A DNA stretch of 64,000 nucleotides from an uncultured Rhodospirillaceae bacterium (GTDB lineage Bacteria; Pseudomonadota; Alphaproteobacteria; UBA11136): assembly GCA_964482135.1 (NCBI GenBank), contig CAYZWF010000006.1, positions 4,438-68,437 on the forward strand, read 5' to 3'. The notes under the pieces are model-generated. The model saw nothing but the letters and a program-made list of their open reading frames with translations. It had not been told where the DNA came from and searched no databases. The position numbers were made by a program, and so were the translations under genes. Shown here piece after piece: positions 46,877 through 64,000 of this stretch (its first letter is position 1; each line of letters starts with the position of its first letter).

Positions 46877-46903
46877 GAACGCCCACCCTGGCCCCTATGG
46901 GTC

Positions 46904-47320
46904 TTAGCGGGCTGCCGCGGCCGCCGCGGCGTCACGCATGGCCTCGGCCACCATCAGGGCATTCTCCGCGGTCCCGCGGGCGTCATCGCTGGTGCTGGCG
47001 TCGATATCGTCACGCAGGTCGTTGATCTGGGAGTCGATTTCCTTGGCGTCCAGCTCGTCCACCGGCACCGCCTGTTCGGCGAGAACGGTACAGCGTTGCG
47101 GGGTCGCCTCGGCGATGCCGCCGCTGACGAAGATGCGCGTCTCCACCTTGCCTTCATTATGGACCTCGAGGACGCCGGGACGGACCCCGGAAATCAACAG
47201 AGAATGTCCGGGAAGAATGCCGAAATCACCCTCGGCGCCGGGCACAAGCACCATATCCACCTCGGCGGAGATCAGCAGCTTTTCCGGGGATACCAGCTCG
47301 AATGCGACTTTTTCTTCCAT
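46904..47320 (-). CDS. atpC: F0F1 ATP synthase subunit epsilon
   Basis: 'FELVSPEKLLISAEVDMVLVPGAEGDFGILPGH'. Confidence 0.9.
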   Translation of the reverse strand: MEEKVAFELVSPEKLLISAEVDMVLVPGAEGDFGILPGHSLLISGVRPGVLEVHNEGKVETRIFVSGGIAEATPQRCTVLAEQAVPVDELDAKEIDSQINDLRDDIDASTSDDARGTAENALMVAEAMRDAAAAAAAR

Positions 47321-47332
47321 CAGGCTAAATCC

Positions 47333-49692
<2,360 letters not shown>

Positions 49693-49740
49693 GCCGTCGC
49701 TCTACGCAGTTGTGATTTTCTTAAATCCTGGGGGCCGGGG

Positions 49741-51269
<1,529 letters not shown>

Positions 51270-51273
<4 letters not shown>

Positions 51274-51830
51274 CCAATTCCCTTCATGGCGAGCTGTAGG
51301 TTTTGCAGTTTGGTGCGCAGTGAGCTGTCGAGCATGCGCGATCCGATACGAACGATCAGGCCGCCGATAATCGACTCATCCACTGTCTGGTTAACGCTGA
51401 CGTCCTGTCCCACGCCCTTTTTCAGGGCGCTCTTGAGAGACTTCACCTGAGCCTCGCTCAGGGCTTTGGCGGAGGTCACCTCGGCGCTCATCTCGCCGCG
51501 CTTTTCGGCCAACAGGGCGAAAAAAGCGCCGATGATGGCGGACAGGGAGAAAAGACGGTGATTGCTGGCGACCACGGCCACGAAACGCTGGGTCAGGTCG
51601 CTGATTTTGGCTTTGTGGAGAACCGCCGCCAGCGCTTTTCCCTGGTCCTCGCGCGCGAGAACCGGGCTGCGCAACAGGCGGGCAAGGTCATCACAGCCGG
51701 CGATCATGGCCTCGATACTGCGAAGATCATCCTCCACCGCGTCCAGAACCTTGCCCTCTTCGGCAAGATCGAACAGGGCGGCGGCGTAACGCAGGGAAAT
51801 CTGTGATTGACCTGAGGCTCCGGATGACAC
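51270..51830 (-). CDS. atpH: F0F1 ATP synthase subunit delta (OSCP)
   Basis: '[13 protein letters not shown]' OSCP N-terminus. GTG start at 51830 gives 186 aa; the track ORF extends to 51911. Confidence 0.8.
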
Positions 51831-52031
51831 CTGACGTGGTCCCCTTTTCTCCCCCGACACTTCCCTCTGATATTCCCAGGGGTGGAGAGCTAACTCATTG
51901 AATATAAACAAAAATGCCCCATAGCGGGGGAACCCCTTAGGGCAAAGCCAGCGATACCTAACATAGCCTTATTGCCGTTGCAACCGGACTCACGCTCTAA
52001 GGCACAGCGACAGTCTTTTTCGAGGCGACGG

Positions 52032-54278
52032 TTAAAGAAAGCTGTAGGGGTCAATATCGATGCGCACCCGCACATGGGTGGGGATTTTTATGGCTCCCAG
52101 CCAGCTTTTCATCAGCCCCGGCACGTTGCTGCGGCGTGGCGCCTTCAATAACAAACGCCAGCGTGTGCGGCCATGAAGAACGGTCAGCGGCGCCGGTGCG
52201 GGGCCGAGAATTTCCACCTCTTTTATATGCGGTGCGGCGCGGCGCAGATTTCGGGCCGTGGCCTCCACCGCCGCGGCGTTACGGCCGGAAACGATGACCG
52301 CCGCCAGCCGTCCGAAGGGCGGCAGGGCAAAAGATTGTCGTTGTTCCGCCTCGGCTTCGAGAAAGGCGTCACGTTGGCCCGAGACCAGCGCTTCCATGAC
52401 CGGGTGTTCGGGCATATAGGTCTGGAGAAAAACCCTGCCCGGCCGCGATTCCCGCCCCGCGCGCCCCGCCACCTGGTGGAGAAGCTGAAAGGTGCGTTCC
52501 GCGGCGCGCAGGTCACCGCCGGCCAGGCCCAAATCGGCATCCACCACGCCCACCAGGGTCAGCCCCGGAAAATGGTGACCCTTGGCGATGATCTGGGTGC
52601 CGATCAAAAGGTCGATCTCATGATCCCGTACCCGCGAGAGAACCTCCGCCACGGCTTGCGCTCCGCCCGCCATGTCGCTGGCGATGACGGCGAGCCGCTG
52701 GTCCGGGAACAGGCCGCCTGCTTCCTCGGCCAGCCGCTCCACGCCGGGGCCGCAGGTAACCAGGGTGTCTTCGCCGCCGCATTGGGGGCAGGACTCGGGC
52801 GGCGGCAGGCGATAGCCGCAATGGTGACAGATAAGACCCTGCGGCGCGCGGTGGGTGACCAGCCAGGCGGTACAGTTGGGGCAGGAAAAACGATGGCCGC
52901 AGGTGCGGCACAGTGTCAGCGGCGCATAGCCGCGGCGGTTGAGGAACAGCATGGCCTGTTCGCCGCGCGCGAAAACAGCCGCCAGGGCTTCACGCAAGGC
53001 CGGGGACAGCCATTGCCCCGTCTCCGGGCCTTGGCTGCGCATGTCGATGGCCGTCACCTCGGGCATGATGGCGCCGCCGTGGCGGTCGGGAAGGTGGACC
53101 CGCTCATAGCGCCCTTCCTCCACATTGACGGTGGTTTCCAGGGACGGCGTGGCCGACACCAGCACCACCGGGCACGCCGCCTCGCGGCCCCGCACCACGG
53201 CCATGTCACGGGCGTGATAGATGACCCCTTCTTCCTGCTTGTAGGCGGCCTCGTGCTCCTCGTCGACGATGATCAGGCCGAGATCGGCAAAGGGCAGGAA
53301 CAGGGCCGAACGCGCGCCCACCACCACTGCCGCGCCATGGTTGGCCACCGCGCGCCAGGTGGCCCGCCGCTTACCCTGCGCCAGCTCCGAATGCCAGACC
53401 GCTGGGGCGACGCCGAAACGCTCCGTGAAACGTTCCAGCCATTGTCCGGCCAGGGCGATCTCCGGCACCAGAACCAGCACCTGTCGGCCCCGTTTCAGCG
53501 CCGCCGCCACGGCCTCGAAATAAACCTCCGTCTTGCCCGACCCGGTAACGCCGTCCACCAGGGTCACGGAGAACCCGTCCCCGTCCACCTTGGCGCACAG
53601 TTCCCTGGCCGCTCTCTCCTGATCCGCCGAGAGAGACGGTCCCGCCCGCCCGGTATCGGGGGCGGCGAAAGGGGTTGGCGGCGCACAAGCCACCTGGGTC
53701 AGGGCCCCGGCCTTGGCCAGTCCCCGCACCACACCGGCCCCGCTTTCCGCACGCCGCGCCAGCTCCGCCGCGCCCAGCGGTGTATGTTCACTTGCCGCAT
53801 CGAGAACCCGAACGCGCGCCGCCGTCATGCGCAGGTCTTGGGGCGCGGTCTTTGCCCGCACATAGCCCGTCATTCCCGCTGCGGGGTCGAGGGCCTTGGG
53901 CACGCTCATGGCCATGCGCAGCACCGAACCCAGCGGGGCGCAGGTATAAGCGGCGGCCCAGTCGATGAAACCGGCGATATCGGCGGGCAGGGGCGGCGCG
54001 TCGCGGCGGGCGATCACCTGTTTGAGCTTTTTCGCGTCCACCGCTTCGCCCCCGGTCCCCTCTGATGTGGGATCACAGGACCAGACACAGCCGGTGCGTT
54101 CGCGTCCGGCAAAGGGTACGCGCACGAAATCGCCTTCGCTAAGCGGGGGCTCCAGCTCGTCCAGATAATCGTAGGCGCGGTCCAGCGGCAGCGGCAACAG
54201 CACCCGGACCCGGCGCGGCGGCGGGGCCGTGGCGGTCTTTCCGGAGGCGTTAGATGAACTGGAATGGCGTGGCGGCAT
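52032..54278 (-). CDS. priA: Primosomal protein N' (replication restart helicase)
   Basis: 'RVLLPLPLDRAYDY' N-terminus, 'LVDGVTGSGKTEV' Walker A, and the zinc-binding 'CRTCGHRFSCPNC…CHHCG…CPQCG'. Confidence 0.9.
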   Translation of the reverse strand: MPPRHSSSSNASGKTATAPPPRRVRVLLPLPLDRAYDYLDELEPPLSEGDFVRVPFAGRERTGCVWSCDPTSEGTGGEAVDAKKLKQVIARRDAPPLPADIAGFIDWAAAYTCAPLGSVLRMAMSVPKALDPAAGMTGYVRAKTAPQDLRMTAARVRVLDAASEHTPLGAAELARRAESGAGVVRGLAKAGALTQVACAPPTPFAAPDTGRAGPSLSADQERAARELCAKVDGDGFSVTLVDGVTGSGKTEVYFEAVAAALKRGRQVLVLVPEIALAGQWLERFTERFGVAPAVWHSELAQGKRRATWRAVANHGAAVVVGARSALFLPFADLGLIIVDEEHEAAYKQEEGVIYHARDMAVVRGREAACPVVLVSATPSLETTVNVEEGRYERVHLPDRHGGAIMPEVTAIDMRSQGPETGQWLSPALREALAAVFARGEQAMLFLNRRGYAPLTLCRTCGHRFSCPNCTAWLVTHRAPQGLICHHCGYRLPPPESCPQCGGEDTLVTCGPGVERLAEEAGGLFPDQRLAVIASDMAGGAQAVAEVLSRVRDHEIDLLIGTQIIAKGHHFPGLTLVGVVDADLGLAGGDLRAAERTFQLLHQVAGRAGRESRPGRVFLQTYMPEHPVMEALVSGQRDAFLEAEAEQRQSFALPPFGRLAAVIVSGRNAAAVEATARNLRRAAPHIKEVEILGPAPAPLTVLHGRTRWRLLLKAPRRSNVPGLMKSWLGAIKIPTHVRVRIDIDPYSFL

Positions 54279-54366
54279 GGTCTACACTCTATTCAAGAGT
54301 TGCGGCGGGTCAAAGGGGGCCATGCCATGACCGGGACATACAGTCTCACCTATCAGAGAAGGATCA

Positions 54367-55098
54367 ATGGAAAGGCGCAAACAAACGGCCACCAGAAACC
54401 AGACCGGAACTCCCGAGGAGTCCGGTCCGTCACCCGCCACAACAGAGGCCGATGGCATAACCGGGGCCGAGGTGGCCGACTATCTCCGCGCTCATCCTGA
54501 TTTTCTTTCCACTCATTCCGATCTGTTACGCACGCTCACCCCGCCGCCCCGTTACGAGGGCGGCAATGTGGTGGACATGCAGGCCTTCATTATCGAACGT
54601 CTGCGCACCGATCACGACGACATTTTGACCACCAGCCGTGGCAACATGGCCGGCCAGTCGCGGGTGCACGAGGCCGTGCTGGCCTTTCTTTCCGCCCGCA
54701 GCCTCGAACATCTGGTGCATCTCGTCACCACCGACCTTGCGGTGATCCTGGGCCTCGATGTGGTGGTTCTCTGCGTGGAAAGCGCGGAGGCGGAATCCGC
54801 CGCCGGGGTGCGGGTGTTGGCGCCGGGCATCGTCAATCGCCTGCTCGATGGCGGCCACGAGGTGCGCCTCGACGGCGAGACGGAGGCCGATCCCGCGGTA
54901 TATGGCGGCATGGGGTCTCTGGTGCGCTCCCAGGCCCTGATCCGGCTCGAATTCGGCGGCAGGGACTCCACCGGTTTGCTGGCGCTGGGCTCGCGCGAGG
55001 AAGGTAAATTCCACGCCCGCCAGGGTAAGGAACTGCTCACTTTCCTGGCCCGCGTCATCGAATGCAGTGTGCGTTCATGGCTCGGCCGTCTGCAATAG
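54367..55098 (+). CDS. DUF484-family protein (xerC-associated)
   Basis: 'VADYLRAHPDFL' N-terminal motif. It lies directly upstream of, and overlaps, xerC. Confidence 0.7.
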   Translation: MERRKQTATRNQTGTPEESGPSPATTEADGITGAEVADYLRAHPDFLSTHSDLLRTLTPPPRYEGGNVVDMQAFIIERLRTDHDDILTTSRGNMAGQSRVHEAVLAFLSARSLEHLVHLVTTDLAVILGLDVVVLCVESAEAESAAGVRVLAPGIVNRLLDGGHEVRLDGETEADPAVYGGMGSLVRSQALIRLEFGGRDSTGLLALGSREEGKFHARQGKELLTFLARVIECSVRSWLGRLQ

Positions 55099-56045
55099 CC
55101 GGCCCCGATCCCGATCCTCTCCTCGCATCCGATCTGCAAGGCGCCGTCTCGGCGTGGCGGGTCTGGCTTGAAAGTGAACGCCGCGCCTCGCCCCATACCC
55201 TGGCCGCCTATGCTCGGGATTTGAACGGGTTTCTCGGATTCCTCGGCGGCCATCTCGGCGGTGAGGTGGGCCTGGCCCATCTTTCCGATCTGCGTGCCGC
55301 GGATTTCCGGGCCTGGCTGGCACGCCGGGTGACGCGGGGCCTACAGGCTTCCTCCACGGCCCGCGCTTTGTCTGTGGTGCGGGGGTTTTTCCGGTTTCTC
55401 GAGCGCCGCAATATTCTCCACAATCCGGCCATTCATTCCCTGCGTACGCCTAAACTGCCCCATCATGTACCCAAGGCACTTGAGGTCCAGGATGCGGTGG
55501 ATCTGGTGGCGGCCACCGGCGATTCCTACGGGCTTGGTCCGCCCTGGGTGGAGAAGCGCGACCTCGCCTTGTTCACCCTCATCTATGGTTGCGGCCTGCG
55601 TATCGGCGAGGCGCTGGGGCTCGACCGCCGCCATATGCCGCAGAGCGACCGCATGACCATTGACGGCAAGGGCGGTAAACAGCGCGTGGTGCCGGTGCTG
55701 CCCGTGGTGAAAAAGGCGCTGCAGGACTATCTCGCCGCCTGTCCCTTCGAATACGGCCCCGGTGACCCCCTGTTTGTGGGCCTGCGCGGCAAGCGCCTGC
55801 AGGCGGCCATGGCGCAGAAACGCCTGCGCGAGCTGCGGCCCCTGCTGGGCCTACCGGAAACCGCCACCCCCCACGCCCTGCGCCACAGCTTCGCTACCCA
55901 TTTACTGGCCGGGGGCGGAGACTTGCGCGCCATCCAGGAGCTTCTCGGTCATGCCTCGCTCGCCACCACCCAGCGCTATACGGACGTGGATGCCGAACAT
56001 CTGCGCGGCGTCTATCGCGCCGCCCATCCCAGAGCGAGAAATTAA
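55077..56045 (+). CDS. xerC: Tyrosine recombinase XerC
   Basis: 'HALRHSFATHLL…LLGHASLATTQRYTDV' with catalytic R-H-R-Y. Start is M6 of the track ORF. Confidence 0.9.
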   Translation: MARPSAIAGPDPDPLLASDLQGAVSAWRVWLESERRASPHTLAAYARDLNGFLGFLGGHLGGEVGLAHLSDLRAADFRAWLARRVTRGLQASSTARALSVVRGFFRFLERRNILHNPAIHSLRTPKLPHHVPKALEVQDAVDLVAATGDSYGLGPPWVEKRDLALFTLIYGCGLRIGEALGLDRRHMPQSDRMTIDGKGGKQRVVPVLPVVKKALQDYLAACPFEYGPGDPLFVGLRGKRLQAAMAQKRLRELRPLLGLPETATPHALRHSFATHLLAGGGDLRAIQELLGHASLATTQRYTDVDAEHLRGVYRAAHPRARN

Positions 56046-56082
56046 GAGCCGGAAAAGCGAGGAATAAGAAACCGCGCCGCAC

Positions 56083-56340
56083 TCACGATTTGTTGTTGCC
56101 TTCCATCCAGGCCCGGCTTTTTTCTCTGATTTCGGCGATTCTGTGCCCCAGCTTGGGGTGATGTCGTTCCAGCCGCTCCAACAACCTTCCCGCCCAGGGC
56201 TCCTCCACGGCAAGGACGAACAGCCCGAGAAGAATAAACAGGACGCCCTGAAGGATGGGCAGAAACAGGCCCGCCACGCCCAGGGCCAACAGCCCATAGC
56301 CGAGAATTCGCAGCAACAGCCGTCTTAAGTGTTTGCGCAT
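56083..56340 (-). CDS. Small inner-membrane protein, DUF454/YbaN-like
   Basis: 85 aa. Two hydrophobic helices 'LGYGLLALGVAGLFLPILQGVLFILLGLFVLA'. Confidence 0.55.
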   Translation of the reverse strand: MRKHLRRLLLRILGYGLLALGVAGLFLPILQGVLFILLGLFVLAVEEPWAGRLLERLERHHPKLGHRIAEIREKSRAWMEGNNKS

Positions 56341-56386
56341 AATCCCGTTGCTGCGTGTCGGTGAAGCGTATCAGGTGAAAACTGGT

Positions 56387-57856
56387 TCACATATGCAGCG
56401 CCCGGCCGTCCACATCCAGGGCCGCTTCCTTGACCGCCTCGCACAGGGTGGGGTGGCCGTGACAGCTGCGGGCGATATCCTCGGCCGAGCCGCCGAATTC
56501 CATCACCGCCACCGCCTCGTGAATCAGGGTCCCGGCGTCGGGGCCGATGATATGGACGCCCAGCACACGGTCGCTTTTCTTGTCGGCGATGATCTTCACC
56601 AGCCCGTCGCTTTCCCCGGTGCATCGCGCGCGGCTGTTGGCGGAGAAGGGGAACTTGCCCACGTTATAGGCGATTCCTGCTTCTTTGAGTTCTTCCTCGG
56701 TCTTGCCCACGGCGGCCACTTCGGGCCAGGTATAGACGATGCCTGGGATCACGTCGTAATTCACATGGGCGCTCTGCCCGGAGAGGATTTCAGCCACCGC
56801 CACACCCTCATCCTCGGCCTTATGGGCCAGCATGGGCCCGGCGATGACGTCGCCGATGGCGTAGACGCCCTCCACGTTGGTCTTGAAATGGGAATCGGTC
56901 TTGATGCGGCCCTGTTCGTCCAGTTCAACCCCCGCCTCCTCCAGCCCCACGCCCGCGGTGCGCGGCCGCCGCCCGATGGCGGAAAGCACGATATCGGCGG
57001 TGAGTTTCTCGGCCTTGCCCCCTCCTTTTTTTCCAGGGGCTGCGGGCTCCAGGGTCAGATTGATGCCCTTGGCGCTGGTCTTGGCCGCCGTCACCTTGGT
57101 GGAGAGCTTGAAGGTCATGCCCTGTTTTTCGAGTATCTTCTTAAACTGTTTGCCCAGTTCCAGGTCCATCAGGGGCACGATACGGTCGAGGAATTCCACC
57201 ACCGTCACCTTGGCCCCCAGACGCCGCCATACCGAGCCCAGCTCGAGACCAATGGCGCCGCCGCCCACCACCACCAGATGTTTGGGCACGGCTTTCAGTT
57301 CCAGCGCCCCGGTGGAAGAGACGATGCGTTTTTCGTCGATGGCAATGCCGGGAAGGGGCGTCACCTCGGAGCCGGTGGCAACGACGATGTTCTTGGTGGT
57401 CAGAGTCTTGGTTCCGCCGCCGCCGAGGCTCACCTTCACCTTGCCGCCACCACTGACCAGGGTTCCGGTGCCCTTCACATAGGCGATCTTGTTTTTCTTG
57501 AACAGGAACTCGATGCCCTGGGTGAGGTCTTCCACCACCTTGTTCTTGCGCCCCATCATGGCTTTGAGGTCGAGCGCCACCTTACCGGTCTTGATGCCAT
57601 GTCCGCCCAGGCCATGGGCGGCTTCCTCGAACAGCTCCGAAGACTGCAACAGCGCTTTCGACGGGATACAGCCCACGTTGAGACAGGTGCCGCCCAGAGC
57701 GCCCCGGGATTCCACACAGGCCGTCTTGAGGCCCAGCTGGGCGGCGCGGATGGCGCATACATAGCCCCCCGGCCCGCCGCCGATAATTACCAGGTCGAAG
57801 GGGCCGTCGGTTTGCGCGCCGGAATCATCCGGTGCCTTCTTCTTTGCCGTTGCCAT
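56387..57856 (-). CDS. lpdA: Dihydrolipoyl dehydrogenase (E3)
   Basis: 'DLVIIGGGPGGYVCAIRAAQLG' FAD motif and redox 'GTCLNVGCIPSK'. Confidence 0.95.
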   Translation of the reverse strand: MATAKKKAPDDSGAQTDGPFDLVIIGGGPGGYVCAIRAAQLGLKTACVESRGALGGTCLNVGCIPSKALLQSSELFEEAAHGLGGHGIKTGKVALDLKAMMGRKNKVVEDLTQGIEFLFKKNKIAYVKGTGTLVSGGGKVKVSLGGGGTKTLTTKNIVVATGSEVTPLPGIAIDEKRIVSSTGALELKAVPKHLVVVGGGAIGLELGSVWRRLGAKVTVVEFLDRIVPLMDLELGKQFKKILEKQGMTFKLSTKVTAAKTSAKGINLTLEPAAPGKKGGGKAEKLTADIVLSAIGRRPRTAGVGLEEAGVELDEQGRIKTDSHFKTNVEGVYAIGDVIAGPMLAHKAEDEGVAVAEILSGQSAHVNYDVIPGIVYTWPEVAAVGKTEEELKEAGIAYNVGKFPFSANSRARCTGESDGLVKIIADKKSDRVLGVHIIGPDAGTLIHEAVAVMEFGGSAEDIARSCHGHPTLCEAVKEAALDVDGRALHM

Positions 57857-57891
57857 CTGTTTTCTCTTCCCTTATCAGCCGCGTCCGCCGC

Positions 57892-59181
57892 TCACATATC
57901 GAGCAGGATACGTTGCGGGTCTTCGATACATTCCTTGACCCTGACCAGGAAGGTCACGGCCTCGCGTCCGTCGATGATGCGGTGGTCGTAGGACAGCGCC
58001 AGATACATCATGGGACGGATTTCCACTTTGTCGCCCACGGCCACGGGGCGCGGCTGTGTCTTATGCATGCCGAGAATGGCCGATTGCGGGGCGTTGAGGA
58101 TGGGCGTGGACATGAGCGACCCGTAAATGCCGCCATTGGAAATGGTAAAGGTGCCCTCGGAGAGATCATCCATGGAGAGCTTGCCGTCGCGGGCCTTGAG
58201 CGCGAACTCGTAAAGGGCGGCTTCGAATCCGGCAAAGCTGAGACGGTCGGCGTCGCGCACCACCGGCACCACCAGCCCCTGGGGCGAGCCCACGGCGATA
58301 CCGATATTGTAATAGTTCTTATAGATGATTTCGTTGCCGTCGATCTCACCGTTGACGGCGGGAATTTCCTTCAGCCCCACAATGGCCGCCTTGGCAAAAA
58401 ATGACATGAAGCCGAGGCGTGTCCCGTGTTTCTTCTCGAAGTCTTCGCGGTACTGCTTACGCACGGCCAACAGGTTGGTCATGTCCACCTCGTTGAAGGT
58501 GGTGAGCATGGCCGCCGTATTCTGGGCCTCCTTCAGGCGCTCGGCGATGCGCTGACGCAGCCGCGACATACGCACCCGTTCTTCCCTCGGTCCCGCTACC
58601 GCGGGGGCTGCCGCTTCTCCCACGGATTCGGGGGCAGGCGCGGGGGCGGGGGCGGGGGTGGGTTGGGCCGAGGCCGCCTCGCGGTTTTCCAGATAAGCCA
58701 GCACGTCGCCCTTGGTGAGGCGGCCGTCCTTGCCGCTGCCGGTAATGGCCGACGGGTCGACATTGTTCTCCTCCACCAGCTTGCGCACCGCCGGCGACAG
58801 GGCAAGCGCCTCCCCGCCCTTTTCCGCTTCAGGGGTCGGTGCGGGGGCAGGCGCGGGCGCAGGGGCGGCGGTTACGGGGGCGGCCTTGGTTTCCTCGTTG
58901 ACGGGGGCCTTGCCGCCATCCTTCTTGGGTTTGGCGGCGGAGGCATCGCCGTCGATAACGCCCAACACCGCGCCCACCTCCACTTCGGCGCCGGTTTCGG
59001 CGCGGATTTCGCTGAGCACGCCAGAGGTCGGGGCATAGACTTCCAGCGAGACCTTGTCGGTCTCCAGCACCAACAGCGTCTCGTCCGCTTCCACGGCATC
59101 GCCCTGGGACTTGGCCCATTCGGCTACCGTGGCTTCACTTACCGATTCGCCGAGCGTGGGTACCGTGATTTCCGTCGCCAT
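57892..59181 (-). CDS. sucB: 2-oxoglutarate dehydrogenase E2, dihydrolipoyllysine succinyltransferase
   Basis: Lipoyl domain '[12 protein letters not shown]', an Ala/Pro linker, and a catalytic domain with 'DHRIIDG'. Confidence 0.95.
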   Translation of the reverse strand: MATEITVPTLGESVSEATVAEWAKSQGDAVEADETLLVLETDKVSLEVYAPTSGVLSEIRAETGAEVEVGAVLGVIDGDASAAKPKKDGGKAPVNEETKAAPVTAAPAPAPAPAPTPEAEKGGEALALSPAVRKLVEENNVDPSAITGSGKDGRLTKGDVLAYLENREAASAQPTPAPAPAPAPESVGEAAAPAVAGPREERVRMSRLRQRIAERLKEAQNTAAMLTTFNEVDMTNLLAVRKQYREDFEKKHGTRLGFMSFFAKAAIVGLKEIPAVNGEIDGNEIIYKNYYNIGIAVGSPQGLVVPVVRDADRLSFAGFEAALYEFALKARDGKLSMDDLSEGTFTISNGGIYGSLMSTPILNAPQSAILGMHKTQPRPVAVGDKVEIRPMMYLALSYDHRIIDGREAVTFLVRVKECIEDPQRILLDM

Positions 59182-59193
59182 GTTCTTTCCCCC

Positions 59194-62094
<2,901 letters not shown>

Positions 62095-62142
62095 AACGGT
62101 TCTCTTGGCTCTCTGATCTCTTGGCTCTTGGGCGTCTAAGGA

Positions 62143-63021
62143 TCAGCCCTTGATGGCGGCAAGAATGGTGGTGCCGATATCAGCCGGTGATTCCGAGACC
62201 GCCACACCGGCGCTTCTCAGGCATTCGATTTTGTCGTCGGCGCCGCCCTTGCCGCCCGAAATGATGGCTCCGGCGTGGCCCATGCGCCGCCCCGGAGGGG
62301 CGGTGCGGCCGGCGATGAAGCTGGCCACCGGTTTCTTGACCTTGGATGATTTGAGGAACGCGGCGGCGTCTTCTTCCGCCGAGCCGCCGATCTCGCCGAT
62401 CATGACGATGGCTTGCGTGTCCTTATCGCCGAGGAAAAGCTCCAGACAGTCTATGAAATTGGTGCCGTTGATGGGGTCGCCGCCGATGCCGATACAGGTG
62501 GACTGGCCCAGCCCCACGGCGCTGGTCTGGGCCACCGCCTCATAGGTCAGGGTGCCGGAACGCGACACGATGCCCACCTTGCCGGCTTTATGAATATGGC
62601 CCGGCATGATGCCGATCTTGCACTGGTCGGGGGTGATGACGCCGGGACAGTTAGGCCCCACCAGGCGCGAGGTGGAGGTTCCCAGAACCCGTTTCACCCG
62701 CACCATATCGTAAACGGGAATGCCTTCGGTGATACAGACGACAAGCTCGACACCGGCATCGACGGCCTCGAGGATGGCGTCGGCGGCGAAAGGCGGCGGC
62801 ACATAGATGACGCTGGCATTGGCCTTGGTCTTCTTAACCGCTTCGGCCACCGTGTCGAAGACCGGCAGGTCGAGATGGGTGGTGCCGCCCTTGCCCGGCG
62901 TCACCCCGCCCACCATCTTGGTGCCGTACGCAATGGCCTGTTCGGAATGGAAGGTGCCCTGGGAGCCGGTGAAGCCCTGGCAGATCACTTTCGTCTTGGA
63001 ATTAACCAGAACCGCCATCAC
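62143..63021 (-). CDS. sucD: Succinyl-CoA ligase subunit alpha
   Basis: '[25 protein letters not shown]' (phosphohistidine loop). Confidence 0.95.
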   Translation of the reverse strand: MMAVLVNSKTKVICQGFTGSQGTFHSEQAIAYGTKMVGGVTPGKGGTTHLDLPVFDTVAEAVKKTKANASVIYVPPPFAADAILEAVDAGVELVVCITEGIPVYDMVRVKRVLGTSTSRLVGPNCPGVITPDQCKIGIMPGHIHKAGKVGIVSRSGTLTYEAVAQTSAVGLGQSTCIGIGGDPINGTNFIDCLELFLGDKDTQAIVMIGEIGGSAEEDAAAFLKSSKVKKPVASFIAGRTAPPGRRMGHAGAIISGGKGGADDKIECLRSAGVAVSESPADIGTTILAAIKG

Positions 63022-64000
63022 GACGCCTCCTTCACGGCCTGGACAATCTTCTCGGCGGCATCGGCCATGGTTTCGGCGGGGATGATGGCGAGGCCGGAAT
63101 CGGCGAGAATCTTCTTTCCCAGATCCACATTGGTGCCTTCCAGCCGCACCACCAGCGGCACATGCACGTCCACTTCGCGGGCCGCCGCCACGATACCGTC
63201 GGCGATGGCGTCACAGCGCATGATGCCGCCGAAGATGTTGACCATGACGCCTTCCACATTGGGGTCGGAAAGAATCAGCTTGAAGGCCACGGTGACGCGC
63301 TCGCGGGTGGCGCCGCCGCCCACGTCCAGGAAGTTGGCGGGCTCGCCTCCGGAAAGCTTGATAATGTCCATGGTGGCCATGGCCAGGCCGGCGCCGTTCA
63401 CCATACAGCCGATATTACCGTCGAGATTGATGTAGTTGAGGCTGTGGCGTTCGGCCTCGCGCTCGGCCGGGTCTTCCTCGTCCTCGTCGCGCAGCTCCTC
63501 CACGTCCTTGTGGCGGAACAGGGCGTTGTCGTCGAAATTGATCTTGGCGTCCAGCGCGATGACGGCCTCATCCTTGGTTATCACCAGGGGGTTGATTTCG
63601 ATCTGGCTGCAATCGAGTTCGGTAAAGGCGCGGTACATGGCAAGCAGGAACTTCACCAGCGCGCCGCCGGTCTTAGCCCCGAGGCCCAGCCCTGAGGCAA
63701 TTTTGCGGGCGTAATAGGGCTGCATGCCCACCAGCGGATCAATGGCTACTTTAAGAATCTTCTTCGGCGATTTGCGGGCCACTTCCTCGATTTCCACGCC
63801 GCCTTCGGTGGAGGCGAGAATGGTGACACAGCCGGTCTCGCGGTCGATAAGCATGCCCAGATAAAGCTCCGAGGCGATGGCGCAGCCTTCTTCCACGAAG
63901 ACGCGCTTGACCTCCTTGCCCTTGGGGCCGGTCTGATGGGTCATCAGGGTCTTGCCCAACAGTTCCTTGGCGGTTTTCTCCACATCGCCGAGGGATTTGA
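63018..64000 (-). CDS. sucC: Succinyl-CoA ligase subunit beta, partial (N-terminus lies beyond the window end)
   Basis: C-terminal CoA-ligase domain '[10 protein letters not shown]'. The track's M at 63983 is internal and the ORF continues past the window end. Confidence 0.9.
   Translation of the reverse strand, partial: KSLGDVEKTAKELLGKTLMTHQTGPKGKEVKRVFVEEGCAIASELYLGMLIDRETGCVTILASTEGGVEIEEVARKSPKKILKVAIDPLVGMQPYYARKIASGLGLGAKTGGALVKFLLAMYRAFTELDCSQIEINPLVITKDEAVIALDAKINFDDNALFRHKDVEELRDEDEEDPAEREAERHSLNYINLDGNIGCMVNGAGLAMATMDIIKLSGGEPANFLDVGGGATRERVTVAFKLILSDPNVEGVMVNIFGGIMRCDAIADGIVAAAREVDVHVPLVVRLEGTNVDLGKKILADSGLAIIPAETMADAAEKIVQAVKEAS

Noticed and set aside
63018-63983. sucC treated as a complete 321-aa gene starting at the M at 63983.
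   Set aside because: The N-terminal ATP-grasp domain of the SucC beta subunit (normally about 390-400 aa) is missing. The frame remains open to the window edge, so the gene is truncated by the window.

Overview
The window is a 64 kb chromosomal segment of a high-GC (about 65%) alphaproteobacterium, probably Rhodospirillales-like; this is inferred from gene content and order, not from any search. No integrase, transposase, CRISPR array or phage genes were seen.

Two housekeeping blocks are present:
- rplU-rpmA-obg-proB-proA-nadD-rsfS-rlmH followed by gpmI-envC-like-ctpA-yibQ-like-rppH.
- atpHAGDC (minus strand), priA, a DUF484 gene with xerC, and lpdA-sucB-sucA-sucD-sucC(partial).

Three accessory glycan or small-molecule modules are interleaved with them:
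- Positions 1-12.5 kb hold a nonulosonic-acid-type cluster. It has an AAC(3)-like acetyltransferase, a NeuB/PseI-like synthase, a small methylase, a GT4, two AsnB-like amidotransferases and an ArnT/PMT-like GT-C membrane transferase. Embedded in it is a translationally coupled cysC-sat (PAPS synthesis) plus pyruvate-kinase-like operon.
- Positions 14.9-23.4 kb are a mosaic, partly low-GC island ending at tRNA-Ser(CGA). It has a near-perfect tandem duplication of a 400-aa SAM-methyltransferase gene, then ACP, SDR, MBL-fold hydrolase, KAS III and AMP-dependent ligase, and a convergent NodU/CmcH-type carbamoyltransferase. A decayed PAS/receiver sensor remnant with an A7 frameshift tract flanks it.
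- Positions 29.7-39.2 kb are a 9.4 kb sugar-tailoring and extracytoplasmic glycosylation cluster inserted between rlmH and gpmI. It has a SAM methyltransferase, an FdtA-like cupin, a zinc-ribbon sugar C-methyltransferase, a UXS-like dehydratase/decarboxylase, a Gfo/Idh/MocA oxidoreductase, a low-GC B12-binding radical SAM enzyme, a GT2 polyprenyl-phosphate sugar synthase and a YfhO-family membrane transferase.

I take the third cluster, together with the carrier-protein acylation/carbamoylation island, as the most likely undescribed system. Many long ORFs in the supplied track are antisense artefacts of high-GC coding sequence and were discarded.
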